The notes below the pieces were generated by a model, which was not told the origin of the DNA, searched no databases, and worked only from the letters and a program-made list of their open reading frames with translations. The translations under genes were made by a program, and so were the position numbers. DNA of 64,000 bases from a virus, in the IMG/VR virus record IMGVR_UViG_3300032401_000001, positions 133,793 through 197,792 of that record, one strand, 5' to 3'. Position 1 is the first letter of the stretch. The number at the start of each line of letters is the position of its first letter. This document shows positions 9,472-18,975 of this stretch, in pieces.

Positions 9472-10851
9472 CTACCAATCGCCTGGCATCACGATGTTGG
9501 TGAAGGCAGGCAACCACGCACCTCCGCCACTCTGATCCGCACCAGGGTAGTCCCCAATAGTGGCACCTCCGGTGGTCATCTTGCGAAAGCGAGTACTCCA
9601 CTTGAGCCACAGGTTAGTGCCGTCAAAGAACACACCAGACGAACTGTCTGGCACGGTGTATCGGTCTACACGAACCATGTCGGAGAGTCGGATCTTGTCG
9701 AGCCGAACCCAACCAGAGTGGTCTGTGTCCATATTAGCAGTGAGCCACAGGTACGTCCCATCCCAGGCGGCTTGTCCTTGTTGGGGTCCGCCTTGGTAGG
9801 AACCATACGTGGTGACGGCGAAGTCGGAGATGCGTACCTTGCGAACGTAGTAGCTGACGTTGACCCCGCCCCCATTCCAGTTGTACTTGACGACCCAGAT
9901 GTTGGTCTTGTCGGACACCAGGGGGTAGGAGCCATAGCTATAATCAGGTTCAACACTACCCAAAACGGCGCCATCAGAAACGCGAACCTTGACCAAGTAT
10001 GTGTACGAGCTAACCCAGATGTTTCCTACGCCGTCGTAGATTATGTTTGAGGCCCCGTGGGGCAATGAGACACTCCGCACTGGACTCAGGTTGATGTCGA
10101 TGCAACGTAGTTGAGAATCGGTGACGTTTGTCGAGTACCAGTAGTTGATTCCGTCGAAAGCGATTTGACCTGCTTGACCGCCAGCAGAAGCGCCTCGATC
10201 CATTCCCCCGAGGCGGGCTCCAGTAACGGCATCGAGCTTGATGATGGTGTCCGTACCCTGAGCGTAGTAGGATCCCCAGACGTTGCCCTTGCCGTCGTTG
10301 AGGAGACTACACCCGTAGTCGTTGTAGTTCAGTCCCGGCTGTACTTGGCGAGTGAGCGCACCACTGCTCACCAAGAGTTGAGAGAAACCGTGGTTGCTGG
10401 TGGGGCTGTTCGTCATCCACAAGTACGGAGGCGGTGTCGCCGGCAACGCGATGACTGGCTTCTGCTGCAACAGCACCTTCCGGTTGGCGAAGTCCACTAC
10501 CACACCGACCTCGTGCACCATGTCCATCGTCGGCTTCGTAGTCGTGAGTTGGCCGGCGGTGCTGGAGAGATAGACGGCATCACCGTTCGCCGTCGGCGCA
10601 ATCTTGAACGTTGCAACGACCACGCCTTCGCGCACCACAGATCCGGTCTCCGCGAAGACCCCCACGATGGGGCTGGTGCTGGTGTTCACCGCCTTGGAGA
10701 GGGTCAGGTTCGCCGTGACCTGAACCACATCGCCAGCGGCCAGGCCCGTGGTCGTCAGGCCGGCATGGGCGATCACATCGGCCCGGAGCGTGTCGGTGCC
10801 GAGGACTCCCGCGAGGCCGGACTTGATGACGAGTGGGTCGTACTGAGCCAT
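9472..10851 (-). CDS. Anchor + beta-propeller receptor-binding/display protein, paralogue 3
   Basis: Start MAQYDPL (TAATG overlap); conserved ~130-aa N-terminal domain followed by (F/Y)DG..IW repeats. Confidence 0.7.
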   Translation of the reverse strand: MAQYDPLVIKSGLAGVLGTDTLRADVIAHAGLTTTGLAAGDVVQVTANLTLSKAVNTSTSPIVGVFAETGSVVREGVVVATFKIAPTANGDAVYLSSTAGQLTTTKPTMDMVHEVGVVVDFANRKVLLQQKPVIALPATPPPYLWMTNSPTSNHGFSQLLVSSGALTRQVQPGLNYNDYGCSLLNDGKGNVWGSYYAQGTDTIIKLDAVTGARLGGMDRGASAGGQAGQIAFDGINYWYSTNVTDSQLRCIDINLSPVRSVSLPHGASNIIYDGVGNIWVSSYTYLVKVRVSDGAVLGSVEPDYSYGSYPLVSDKTNIWVVKYNWNGGGVNVSYYVRKVRISDFAVTTYGSYQGGPQQGQAAWDGTYLWLTANMDTDHSGWVRLDKIRLSDMVRVDRYTVPDSSSGVFFDGTNLWLKWSTRFRKMTTGGATIGDYPGADQSGGGAWLPAFTNIVMPGDW

Positions 10852-12209
10852 TAGGTCCCTGGTAGATTGGGCAAGATGTTGGCCGTGGAGCAACCGTGCT
10901 TGTGGCCGTTGGCGGAAGCGTCCTGAATGTACGTGCCAATGTAGCTACGATCAGACGCGAGCCACTTGTGCCAGCCGTAGTTTGGCCCCAGACTGAATGC
11001 GTGTTGCATCCAGAGCCAGGTGCCATCGAACACGACTGATACGTTGCCGCTAGTGGCACTGCCAGCCTCTACATCAGCGACGAAAGAACCATCAGCTTCA
11101 TTCCAGACGCGCATGTAGTCGACGCCCACAGCTTGGTAGATGCGGGTGCCGTCATAGGCTGGCGTACCTCCCCAGGTCCAACCGTTGGTGTACGTCCCCA
11201 CTACCGCAGCGGTGGACAAGAGAATCTTCTTGACGCCGCCATCGTAGCCTCCCCAGAGATGGGTCTTGGTGGAGCACATGCCGGTAAGCTCTACGCCAAG
11301 GCCAACACTGGCCGTGATTACACCGTCTGAGATGCGCATCTTGTAGAGGGTGTAGGAGTAGGTGGATTGCATCCACACGCTGCCGACACCGTCGTAGCAG
11401 AGGATGCCGCCAACGTAGTGGTCACCACCGTAGGAGTACGTGGCTGCGACGGTACCGTCGGCGATGTTGACCTTGTAGACGTTGTGGTTGTTGACGAAAC
11501 TGCTCGCCGTCCAGATGTACGTGCCGTCGAAGGTACAGCCGCCGTACCTGAAGTTGCCGTAGTAGGGGCCGGAGTACGCCAACGTGGTGGCGTTGATCTT
11601 CCATAGGAAGCCCGGGTCAGAGGTCGATGAGAGCCAGATGGAGGTGCCGTCGTACGTCGGCCACACGAGGGACTCGCCAAAACCTTGACTGGGAAGAGTG
11701 ACCTGATCGATGTAGACGGCGTCGATGACACGCCGCTTGTGCAGCGTTCGACCAGAACCTGCCGTAAAGAGGTAGACCGGAGGTGTTACGGGTAGCGCTA
11801 GGACTGGCTTCTGCTGGAGCAGAATCTTGGCCGATGCTGCATCAACCACCACGCCCACCTCGTGGAGCATGTCCATGGTCGGCTTGACGTTCGTCAGGGC
11901 ACCGGCCGTTGAAGACAGCCACACCGTGTCCCCATTGGCGAGGGTCACGCCGGCCTTCATGGTGGCGACGACGACCCCCTTCCGCACCACCGAGTTCGTC
12001 TCCCCGTCGAAGATGCCGACGATGGGCGAGGTCGAGGTGTTCACCGCCTTGCCTAGCGTCAGCGCTCCCGACACCTGGCAGGCATCACCGGAGGCCGGGC
12101 CGGTGATGGTCAAGCCAGCGGCGGCCAGACGGTCGGCCCGTAGGGAGTCGGTGCCGAGGACCGTCAAGATGCCGGACTTGATCGCGATGGGGTCGTACTG
12201 GTTCGCCAT
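10851..12209 (-). CDS. Anchor + beta-propeller receptor-binding/display protein, paralogue 2
   Basis: Start MANQYDP (TGATG overlap); same N-terminal domain; FDGTYIW-type repeats. Confidence 0.7.
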   Translation of the reverse strand: MANQYDPIAIKSGILTVLGTDSLRADRLAAAGLTITGPASGDACQVSGALTLGKAVNTSTSPIVGIFDGETNSVVRKGVVVATMKAGVTLANGDTVWLSSTAGALTNVKPTMDMLHEVGVVVDAASAKILLQQKPVLALPVTPPVYLFTAGSGRTLHKRRVIDAVYIDQVTLPSQGFGESLVWPTYDGTSIWLSSTSDPGFLWKINATTLAYSGPYYGNFRYGGCTFDGTYIWTASSFVNNHNVYKVNIADGTVAATYSYGGDHYVGGILCYDGVGSVWMQSTYSYTLYKMRISDGVITASVGLGVELTGMCSTKTHLWGGYDGGVKKILLSTAAVVGTYTNGWTWGGTPAYDGTRIYQAVGVDYMRVWNEADGSFVADVEAGSATSGNVSVVFDGTWLWMQHAFSLGPNYGWHKWLASDRSYIGTYIQDASANGHKHGCSTANILPNLPGT

Positions 12210-13534
12210 CAGATCACCAAAGGCTTGTTGGCACAGGTCCAGTAGGCTTGGCTGGACCCATTGTAGCCCCCGACGTAGGCACCGCCGAGCGTGTAGTACA
12301 GCGTCGCGTAGGGGTTGTGGGCGCTGTTGCCGACGTAGAACCAGAGGTACGGATCGACGTAGGCTACGCTCTTGGGGCCGTAGTCCCACGACGAGACCCC
12401 GATCTCGCCGAGGTCGGTGCCGTCTGCCTCGGTCCAGCGGTGCAGGAACCCACGGGTGCTGGGCTGCCAGATGCGCGTGCCGTCGAACGTAGGCCAGTAA
12501 CCTCGGTTGCGACCATTCGACCAGTTGCCTAGCTGTGTTCCGTCGGAGACGCGCACCTTGTAGACGTGCGAGTCACACCCGATCCACAGGTTCGCTCCAG
12601 CCAAGCAGAACCCTGCGGGTGCCGAGAGCAGCGGCTCCCAGGTGCTCATCACTGCGTGATCGGAGATGCGGATGCGCTGCACCTTCTGGTAACCGTAGCT
12701 CGTGACCGCGACCCACAGGTAGCCGGTACGGTCGGAGAAGATCGCGGTCATGCCGGGGTGGCCCGAACCCCAGGAGTCCAGTACGTTGCCGTTGAGGTCC
12801 CACTTCTGAATCTCTCCAGCGTTCAACTCGTTGGCGACCCAGATGTACGTTCCGTCGAAGCTGATGGTGGGAAGGCCGAGCGAGGTGCTGTACTCGGTGA
12901 TCGCTCCCGTTTCGCAGTTGATCTTGCAGACCTTACTACCCGTCGAAAAATCACCATAGGCGAACCAGATGTACGTGCCATCAAACCAACCCGGACTATA
13001 GTCGTTGCCACCGCTACCCGAGGCGGGGATGGTGTACCAAGTCGGGGTGCCATCGGAGAGCTTGGTCTTGAGTACTGTCCTTGAGAAACCGGACTGGTAG
13101 ATTGACGCTGGCGGAGATGCCGGCAGCGCGATCACGGGCTTCTGTTGCAGCAGCACTTTCTTCGAAGGAACATCGACGACGACACCGACTTCGTGGATCA
13201 TGTCCTTCGTCGGCTTCACGTTGGTCAACTGCCCTGCCGTGCTCGACAAGTAGACGGCCTCGCCAGCGGTGGTTGGGCCGCTCTTGAACGTCGCAACGAC
13301 CACACCCTCTCGCACCACCGAGCCCGTCACCCCGTCGTAGATGCCGATGACCGGACTCGTGCTGGTGTTCACCGCCTTCTGGAGCGTGAGCGCCCCGGAG
13401 ACCTGGCAGGCATCGCCCGAGGCCAGGCCGGTAGTCGTCAGCCCGGCCGGCGCCCCCCGATCAGCACGCAAGGTGTCCACCCCGATGATGGTCGGGATGC
13501 CGGACTTGATGACGAGGCCGTCGTACTGACCCAT
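12209..13534 (-). CDS. Anchor + beta-propeller receptor-binding/display protein, paralogue 1
   Basis: MGQYDGLVIKSG N-terminal domain; FDGTYIW repeats. Confidence 0.7.
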   Translation of the reverse strand: MGQYDGLVIKSGIPTIIGVDTLRADRGAPAGLTTTGLASGDACQVSGALTLQKAVNTSTSPVIGIYDGVTGSVVREGVVVATFKSGPTTAGEAVYLSSTAGQLTNVKPTKDMIHEVGVVVDVPSKKVLLQQKPVIALPASPPASIYQSGFSRTVLKTKLSDGTPTWYTIPASGSGGNDYSPGWFDGTYIWFAYGDFSTGSKVCKINCETGAITEYSTSLGLPTISFDGTYIWVANELNAGEIQKWDLNGNVLDSWGSGHPGMTAIFSDRTGYLWVAVTSYGYQKVQRIRISDHAVMSTWEPLLSAPAGFCLAGANLWIGCDSHVYKVRVSDGTQLGNWSNGRNRGYWPTFDGTRIWQPSTRGFLHRWTEADGTDLGEIGVSSWDYGPKSVAYVDPYLWFYVGNSAHNPYATLYYTLGGAYVGGYNGSSQAYWTCANKPLVI

Positions 13535-13540
13535 GGCGTC

Positions 13541-15835
13541 CTACTGCTGGAACTCGTCGCCGACGTGGATGCTGACCTCGGCCGTGGCGCCGATGCCCAC
13601 CAGATAGCCCACCCGCAGTAGGACCGTGCCGGCTCCTGGCGCCGTCAGGGTCACGGCTCCGGCCGTCGCACTCAGGTACACCGGCTTGCCGAAGTCGGCG
13701 ATGGCCGGGGCGGTGCCGGTGAAGGTCATCTTGTAGACCCCCGCCATGACGATGGTGGCTGCATTGCCGGCGGTGTTGCCGGTGACGACGACGCCGACCA
13801 CACGAGACGTACTCTCGGCGGCGTTGGTGGCCTTCTTGAGCCGGCCCGAGGTGCCGCCCTCGCAGTAGGCGTAGACGACGTCGTACTGGGCCAGGGTCTC
13901 GCCAGCGGTGTAGGAGTAGTAGCCCAGTGCTCCTGTGATGTTAAGGTCACCGTTGAGGATGATCTTGCCATCGTGTTGAATGGTTAGACGGGACACTGGG
14001 CCGGTGACGTCACGAATGGTGAATTTGTCGTTGCCGCTCAGATCGACATTGGTGCCAAAGTCCCAACCTACCTCTGTTCCAGAGTTACGGAGTAGCTGAA
14101 GCAAGGCACGCCCGGTCGAGCCGTTCCCGGTAGAGGTGAGGACCATGTTGGAGATCGTGGTGGTCTTGATTTGGACATCGCCACGTACATCTAGCAAGGT
14201 ATCCGGCGCATCAGTGCCCAGTCCGAATCTACTCGTACTGCCTTTGAAGATGCCGATCAGTGACGCCACACCAGCGGTGCTTTTCGCGATGACGAAGTCC
14301 TTGGTGTTTGTGGTGATGATGAACCCGCGATTCTGGAGCACAGTATCAGCCGAGTAGCCGCTGTTGCCGATCCCGAAAGAGCAGCCAGCAAGGCCATCAT
14401 GCTGAAGGCAAACCACAGAAGAAGAACCGGTGGAGTTCGTATTCTTGGTAACAATGCCGTTGGTGGCTCCGGCGGTTGCGCTGACCACGTCAAGCTGGCA
14501 GCTGGGAGTCGCAGTGCCGATGCCCAACCGCTTGTTGCTGTTGTCCCAGAAGAAGTTGCTGGCATCGGTCGCCAGCACTCCCGTCGCGCTGGCGAAGGTC
14601 ACCCCACCCGTGGCGATGTTGTGCAGCCCTACATGCTCTGCCGACGTCAGATGGTAGTACTGCCCGCTCGTCCCGCCATCCAGCCCGGTGAGCGCGTTGT
14701 GCATCGAGATGGTGTTGGAGAAGACCTGGAAGTCGATGGCGTCGGTGCCGACGATGTCGAGGGGCTTGTCGGTGTAGCAGAACCAGGAAGTGTCCTGGTT
14801 GAGCGTGCCGAGGTCGACGAAGCAGGCAGTGGTGGCCGCGTCCGCGCCAGCCGGCAGGTCAATGGCGCGGGTCCAGGCGGCGCCGGTGTGCGCCACCCAG
14901 ATGCCGTTCTCGACGTGGTTCGTCTGGTTCTTGAGGAGGACGCGGTCCAGCTCGGTGGTAGTGAAGCCGTCGATGGCCTGGTCCCCACTCAGCGTGACGT
15001 TGCCGCCGGCGACGGTGGAGGCGTACTTCACCATCGCCTTCCAGCTGAGGCCGGTGAGCAGCCCGTCGACGTAGCCCTTGGTGGTGAGGTGCGTCGAGAG
15101 CGTGGGCGTGGCGCCGATGACGACCCCCGTCACCGTGAGCGCGCCGGCCATGGTGACCGTGCCATCGCTGTTGACGGCGAAGTGGGACGTGATCCCGGTG
15201 CTGTTCTGCACCGCGAAGAGGGCCTCACCAAGGCCAGCCAGCGTGTCGCGGATCAGGATGCCCTTGCCCGAGGCACTGAGGGCGATGACCTGCGGGCCGG
15301 CACCACCATCGGTGTAGGCGCCCTGCAGCGTCTTGACGGTAGTCGGGGGTGCAATCCACTCGAGGCCCGTAGTTGTGGAGAGGTTGACCGACAGCAACTG
15401 TCCGGCGGTGCCGACGGGGAAACGGGCGTCGACAGTGGCGGTGCGGGTGTAGAGGTCACCCTTGGCGGTCAGGGGGCTGATGCTGGCGTGCGTGTCGACG
15501 TAGTTGCGAGTGGCGAGGTGCGTGGAGAGCGTGGGTTCAGCCGCGGTGATGGTGCCGCCGAAGTGAAACGCGGTCGGTCCAACCAGGCGCATGACGCCGG
15601 TGTTCTGCAGCCACCAGTAGGCGTCAGCATCGCTGGGCGCCGGGTCACTAGCCTGTTCGGCGAGTCCTTGAAAGACGCCAGTGCGCAGCGCGGCACGTAC
15701 GTCGTACGAGGCTTGGATGTGTTCGTTCCAGTGGGCCGCGGGGAGGTACTTGCTGAGGTCGGCGCCCGGCGGCGTTGGAACGAGGTCGGTCTTGCTGCCG
15801 GGAAGCGTCGTGAGATCGTAAACGAAGTTCGACAT
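13541..15835 (-). CDS. Fibre protein with C-terminal decoration-like domain
   Basis: PTLSTHL.T..YVD repeats; WK..V....N.TLSG.Q.IDG...DRVLLKNQ..ENGIW domain; RLGIGT repeats; C-terminal PVYLSATAG domain. Confidence 0.7.
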   Translation of the reverse strand: MSNFVYDLTTLPGSKTDLVPTPPGADLSKYLPAAHWNEHIQASYDVRAALRTGVFQGLAEQASDPAPSDADAYWWLQNTGVMRLVGPTAFHFGGTITAAEPTLSTHLATRNYVDTHASISPLTAKGDLYTRTATVDARFPVGTAGQLLSVNLSTTTGLEWIAPPTTVKTLQGAYTDGGAGPQVIALSASGKGILIRDTLAGLGEALFAVQNSTGITSHFAVNSDGTVTMAGALTVTGVVIGATPTLSTHLTTKGYVDGLLTGLSWKAMVKYASTVAGGNVTLSGDQAIDGFTTTELDRVLLKNQTNHVENGIWVAHTGAAWTRAIDLPAGADAATTACFVDLGTLNQDTSWFCYTDKPLDIVGTDAIDFQVFSNTISMHNALTGLDGGTSGQYYHLTSAEHVGLHNIATGGVTFASATGVLATDASNFFWDNSNKRLGIGTATPSCQLDVVSATAGATNGIVTKNTNSTGSSSVVCLQHDGLAGCSFGIGNSGYSADTVLQNRGFIITTNTKDFVIAKSTAGVASLIGIFKGSTSRFGLGTDAPDTLLDVRGDVQIKTTTISNMVLTSTGNGSTGRALLQLLRNSGTEVGWDFGTNVDLSGNDKFTIRDVTGPVSRLTIQHDGKIILNGDLNITGALGYYSYTAGETLAQYDVVYAYCEGGTSGRLKKATNAAESTSRVVGVVVTGNTAGNAATIVMAGVYKMTFTGTAPAIADFGKPVYLSATAGAVTLTAPGAGTVLLRVGYLVGIGATAEVSIHVGDEFQQ

Positions 15836-15865
15836 CAGCGGCTCCTCGCGCGGCGACTGCCTACT

Positions 15866-15873
15866 ATTCTAGG
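15866..15873 (-). promoter_or_regulatory. Putative late -10 element CCTAGAAT
   Basis: Intergenic, 30 nt upstream of the ATG at 15835; a CGAGC-GAAA-GCTCG hairpin lies at 15886-15899. Confidence 0.55.
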
Positions 15874-15902
15874 CTTGTTGGGAGACGAGCGAAAGCTCGA
15901 CG

Positions 15903-15917
15903 GTTTACCGCGTAAAG
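15903..15917. promoter_or_regulatory. Palindrome GTTTAC-CGC-GTAAAG (copy 3)
   Basis: Intergenic, upstream of the fibre-operon promoter. Confidence 0.8.
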
Positions 15918-15922
15918 ATGCG

Positions 15923-16417
15923 TCACCGAGGGCGACTATCTTCGCGCAGCAGGAACGTGTACAGGTCGGCCGGCGTCATGTTCTCCGGCACCCAGTACTC
16001 CGTCCCCGGGTAGTAGGACCAGCGCAACACTTGGGCGACGAACTCGGAACAGAACATGGCCTGAGCCTTGTTCCACGGGTTCTTGAGCTTCTGCCGGCAC
16101 CAGCGGCCGAGCAGGACCCACAACATGCCGAAGAGGCCCCCGAAGTCGTAGGTGGACCCGAGCGTCTCGCCGACCTTGGCGAAGCCTTGCTTGAGGCTGT
16201 GACTGGGGATGAAGACGCGCACGACACTGTTGTGCTGCTTGAAGACCTCGTAGGGGACGATGCGGACACCTTCGAGCGTGGCCTCGAGCACCATCTCCTG
16301 GGCAAAGTCCAGGTCGTAGTACAAGATCCAGGCGTGGCTTACCGGAGCCTTCGTGAACCAGCGGATGATTCGCGAGAGCCAGGCCTTGGTAGTGGAGAAG
16401 CCAATGCGGTCGTTCAC
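15923..16417 (-). CDS. Permuted papain-like (YiiX/NlpC-P60) amidase/peptidase
   Basis: GTG start overlapping the upstream TGA; order VSHA...YD..G...MFCSEFVA (His before Cys). Confidence 0.75.
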   Translation of the reverse strand: MNDRIGFSTTKAWLSRIIRWFTKAPVSHAWILYYDLDFAQEMVLEATLEGVRIVPYEVFKQHNSVVRVFIPSHSLKQGFAKVGETLGSTYDFGGLFGMLWVLLGRWCRQKLKNPWNKAQAMFCSEFVAQVLRWSYYPGTEYWVPENMTPADLYTFLLREDSRPR

Positions 16418-16728
16418 TGCTGCCTCACCAACCACAGGCCAAGTGCCACACCGGCGAGACCGATGAGTGGGTCGCTGAGCCATCGATTGAACCAGACCTC
16501 TGGATGGCGGACCACCCCGAGCTTCTCTAGCACCTGCCATTCGAAGACCTCCCACAGTAGGGCGCCGGCGAGCACCACCACATAGGGCAGCCACCAGGAG
16601 TGCATGGCCTTGTTCTTTAGCGCCAGCGCGCCCCAGTTGAAGCCGATCACCACCCAGAAGCAGAGGTGGCAGAGCGTCCAGGTGTCGAAGAACGTCTGCC
16701 CGGTTTTGATTGGCCAGAGCCAGCTCAT
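16414..16728 (-). CDS. Multi-pass membrane protein, possible intramembrane metallohydrolase
   Basis: 3 TM segments with D.W...H, WEVFE and N...D motifs. Confidence 0.5.
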   Translation of the reverse strand: MSWLWPIKTGQTFFDTWTLCHLCFWVVIGFNWGALALKNKAMHSWWLPYVVVLAGALLWEVFEWQVLEKLGVVRHPEVWFNRWLSDPLIGLAGVALGLWLVRQQ

Positions 16729-16994
16729 GGGTGTTCTCCGAAGTGGCCGTTGACGGCGACCGTGAGTTCACCTAACTGCTTGCCATGCTGCTGGTAGCCG
16801 GCCCGTAGCAGGCTCACGTCGGTCTTGATCTCTTGCAACTCGTCACGGATCTCCCGGTGCTCCTTCTCGTTCTTCTTGAGTAGATCGATGATCTGGTCCA
16901 ACTTCTCATCGAGAGTTGGACCGACCAGAATCTCCGGATCGGACTGCTCCTCCACGTCCGAGAACAGATCCTCGGGCTTCTCGTCTTTGGCCAT
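16725..16994 (-). CDS. Acidic coiled-coil hypothetical protein
   Basis: 89 aa; heptad pattern LDEKLDQIIDLLKK...IRDELQEIKTDV. Confidence 0.55.
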   Translation of the reverse strand: MAKDEKPEDLFSDVEEQSDPEILVGPTLDEKLDQIIDLLKKNEKEHREIRDELQEIKTDVSLLRAGYQQHGKQLGELTVAVNGHFGEHP

Positions 16995-17247
16995 TCGTTC
17001 CTACCTTCTCTGGGGGTTGGATCTTGGTCTGCAAGACCACCTTTTGCTGCGGAAGGGGGGCGGGAGGCGCCGGTCGCACCAGCAGGCTCGGGGAGCAGTG
17101 AATCTCCCGGTCGGCCTCGGCTGCCCGCAGCTCAGTCAGCTCGTTCTCGGTGAGCAGCTTCTCGTCCAGCTCCAGGGAAGTCGAGCGGGGCAAGGACTTG
17201 CCCAGCAAGCGAACCGGACCTCGGGTGCGGTTGTAGACCTGCATCAT
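16906..17247 (-). CDS. Hypothetical protein
   Basis: SD GAGG before ATG; the C-terminus overlaps the next gene by 89 nt. Confidence 0.5.
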   Translation of the reverse strand: MMQVYNRTRGPVRLLGKSLPRSTSLELDEKLLTENELTELRAAEADREIHCSPSLLVRPAPPAPLPQQKVVLQTKIQPPEKVGTNGQRREARGSVLGRGGAVRSGDSGRSNSR

Positions 17248-17251
17248 GTCC

Positions 17252-18235
17252 TCAGACCGTCTGCATCCGGGCGGTGGTCATGTACCACGCCCCGTGCAGG
17301 CCAGAGTGCCCGGAGTTGTGCAGGGTGACCTTGCCCTTCCAGTGGGGCATGATGGTCTTGGGCTCGACCGCCGGGATGTTGAAGTCGAGCACCCCATCTC
17401 CGAGGAGTGGGAGCTTGTTGGCGAACCGGATGAGCGGGATGTCGATGGCGAACAGGTTGAAGTGCGACGCCTGCGGTGTGCCGATTGAGATCGTGCCCTT
17501 CCCGGTGTTGGGCTTGTTCCACTCGAAGAAGCCTGAGCAGGCGCCGGTCACCGGGTTCCAGGCCGGCACGGGGATGGCTGTGGCCAGGTCCACATCGAAG
17601 GCGCCGTTGCCGGCGGCCGGGACGATGAGGATGGCCGCGCCGATGCCGGGGTCCACAAGGTTGCAGTTCCCGGTCCCGCCGGCGTTGGGGACCACCGGGG
17701 TGGCCGGAGCGTAGACCTCCATCGTGGCGTAGTCCCCCGCCTCGGCCCCCTTGCAGCTCATGCCGCCGCCGGCGATGAGCACCCAATCCAGGTAGGACCA
17801 CTCCATCGTCGTGTCACCAGCGACGTCGCTGCTGAGTGCGAAGGGCGTCCCCGCACCACGCACCGTGGCGCTGTCTCCAGAGCCTGCCAGGTACAGGTAG
17901 ACGCCGTTGGGGAACAAGCAGGGCAGCGAAGCGGGCGTCCCGTCTGTACCCTTGGGGGTCACCGACCAGTTGCAGAGGTCTTCGTAGTGGTCCTCGAAGT
18001 CGGCCTTGTCCGTGTCGTTCTGCTCCTGGGTATATCCTGCTGCAACGACGGTCCAGGGAACCTCGCCGGTCCAGAGGGTAGTCTCGTAGCACAGGTTGGG
18101 ACCATCGAAGCCGAACACCTTGATGGCGTCAGCCTCCCGATCGCACTGCATGACCATGCGCTTGAGGTTCCAGACCGCCTTGAGGTCAGCCCAGCGGATC
18201 GAGACGACCGTGGTGTTCGCGCCGAAGTTGATCAT
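17252..18235 (-). CDS. Hypothetical virion protein (start MINFGA)
   Basis: TGATG overlap with the upstream stop; strong GC3 bias. Confidence 0.6.
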   Translation of the reverse strand: MINFGANTTVVSIRWADLKAVWNLKRMVMQCDREADAIKVFGFDGPNLCYETTLWTGEVPWTVVAAGYTQEQNDTDKADFEDHYEDLCNWSVTPKGTDGTPASLPCLFPNGVYLYLAGSGDSATVRGAGTPFALSSDVAGDTTMEWSYLDWVLIAGGGMSCKGAEAGDYATMEVYAPATPVVPNAGGTGNCNLVDPGIGAAILIVPAAGNGAFDVDLATAIPVPAWNPVTGACSGFFEWNKPNTGKGTISIGTPQASHFNLFAIDIPLIRFANKLPLLGDGVLDFNIPAVEPKTIMPHWKGKVTLHNSGHSGLHGAWYMTTARMQTV

Positions 18236-18975
18236 CAGAACTCCACGTACTCGAAGAAACCGTAGGCAGTTGAGGCGGTCGCCGCGAAGGGGCGCTCCAC
18301 CAGCCACACGAAGTCGGGACCAGGGAGCGCCAGCGGGATCTTGAACTCGTGGTCGCAGTAGTTGGCAGCGGAATGTACGAACGTCGCTCCCAAGCCCTTC
18401 TGTGGCGAGTGGGTATCCAGTGGGTCGCCCGAGTGGTTGAAGGTGGCGGCGCCGCCTACGACTGAGCCCCCCGAAGTGATGCACAGCAGGTAGCAGGTCT
18501 TGCCCGACGGGACGTAGTGGTGTGCCCAATACGTCATGTTGTCGGAGGTGGCGATGCTACCCCACACCGAGCCCCCGCCACCGGTCTGGGTGTAGATGGA
18601 GATCGTACCCGCGTTGCCACCACCCTGGTTGCCGGTGACGATGACCTCCATCTTCTCCAGGAAGGCGATGTCGGTGGCTACGGTGTTGACGGCCGTGGTG
18701 CCGTTGAGGGTGATGTCTTCGGTCTTCAGCTCGTAGCTGGTGTTGAGGTAGGTGATCCGTACCTGCCGCGCTCCAGTTCCAGCGGCCGTGTCGTTGACGT
18801 TGCTGGACTTGATGGACCGCTGGGCGTTGGTCCCCTGGGGTGTGTAGGCAGTCGCTCTGATGGCGACGCCGCCTGTGCCAGAAGTACCGACGTAGCCGCC
18901 CCGCTGGTTGGCGATGTGATCCTGCATCATGCCCAGCGCTGCGGCCCACTCGAAGCTGTAGGTTGTGCCCGGCAT
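18235..18975 (-). CDS. Virion structural protein
   Basis: GAR.V.ITYL...E.ITLNGTTAV motif common in phage virion proteins. Confidence 0.6.
   Translation of the reverse strand: MPGTTYSFEWAAALGMMQDHIANQRGGYVGTSGTGGVAIRATAYTPQGTNAQRSIKSSNVNDTAAGTGARQVRITYLNTSYELKTEDITLNGTTAVNTVATDIAFLEKMEVIVTGNQGGGNAGTISIYTQTGGGGSVWGSIATSDNMTYWAHHYVPSGKTCYLLCITSGGSVVGGAATFNHSGDPLDTHSPQKGLGATFVHSAANYCDHEFKIPLALPGPDFVWLVERPFAATASTAYGFFEYVEF

Noticed and set aside
9472-13534. Possible DGR target/template repeats or invertible fibre cassette
   Set aside because: The paralogue differences are not adenine-specific, all copies are in the same orientation, and no RT or invertase is present in the window
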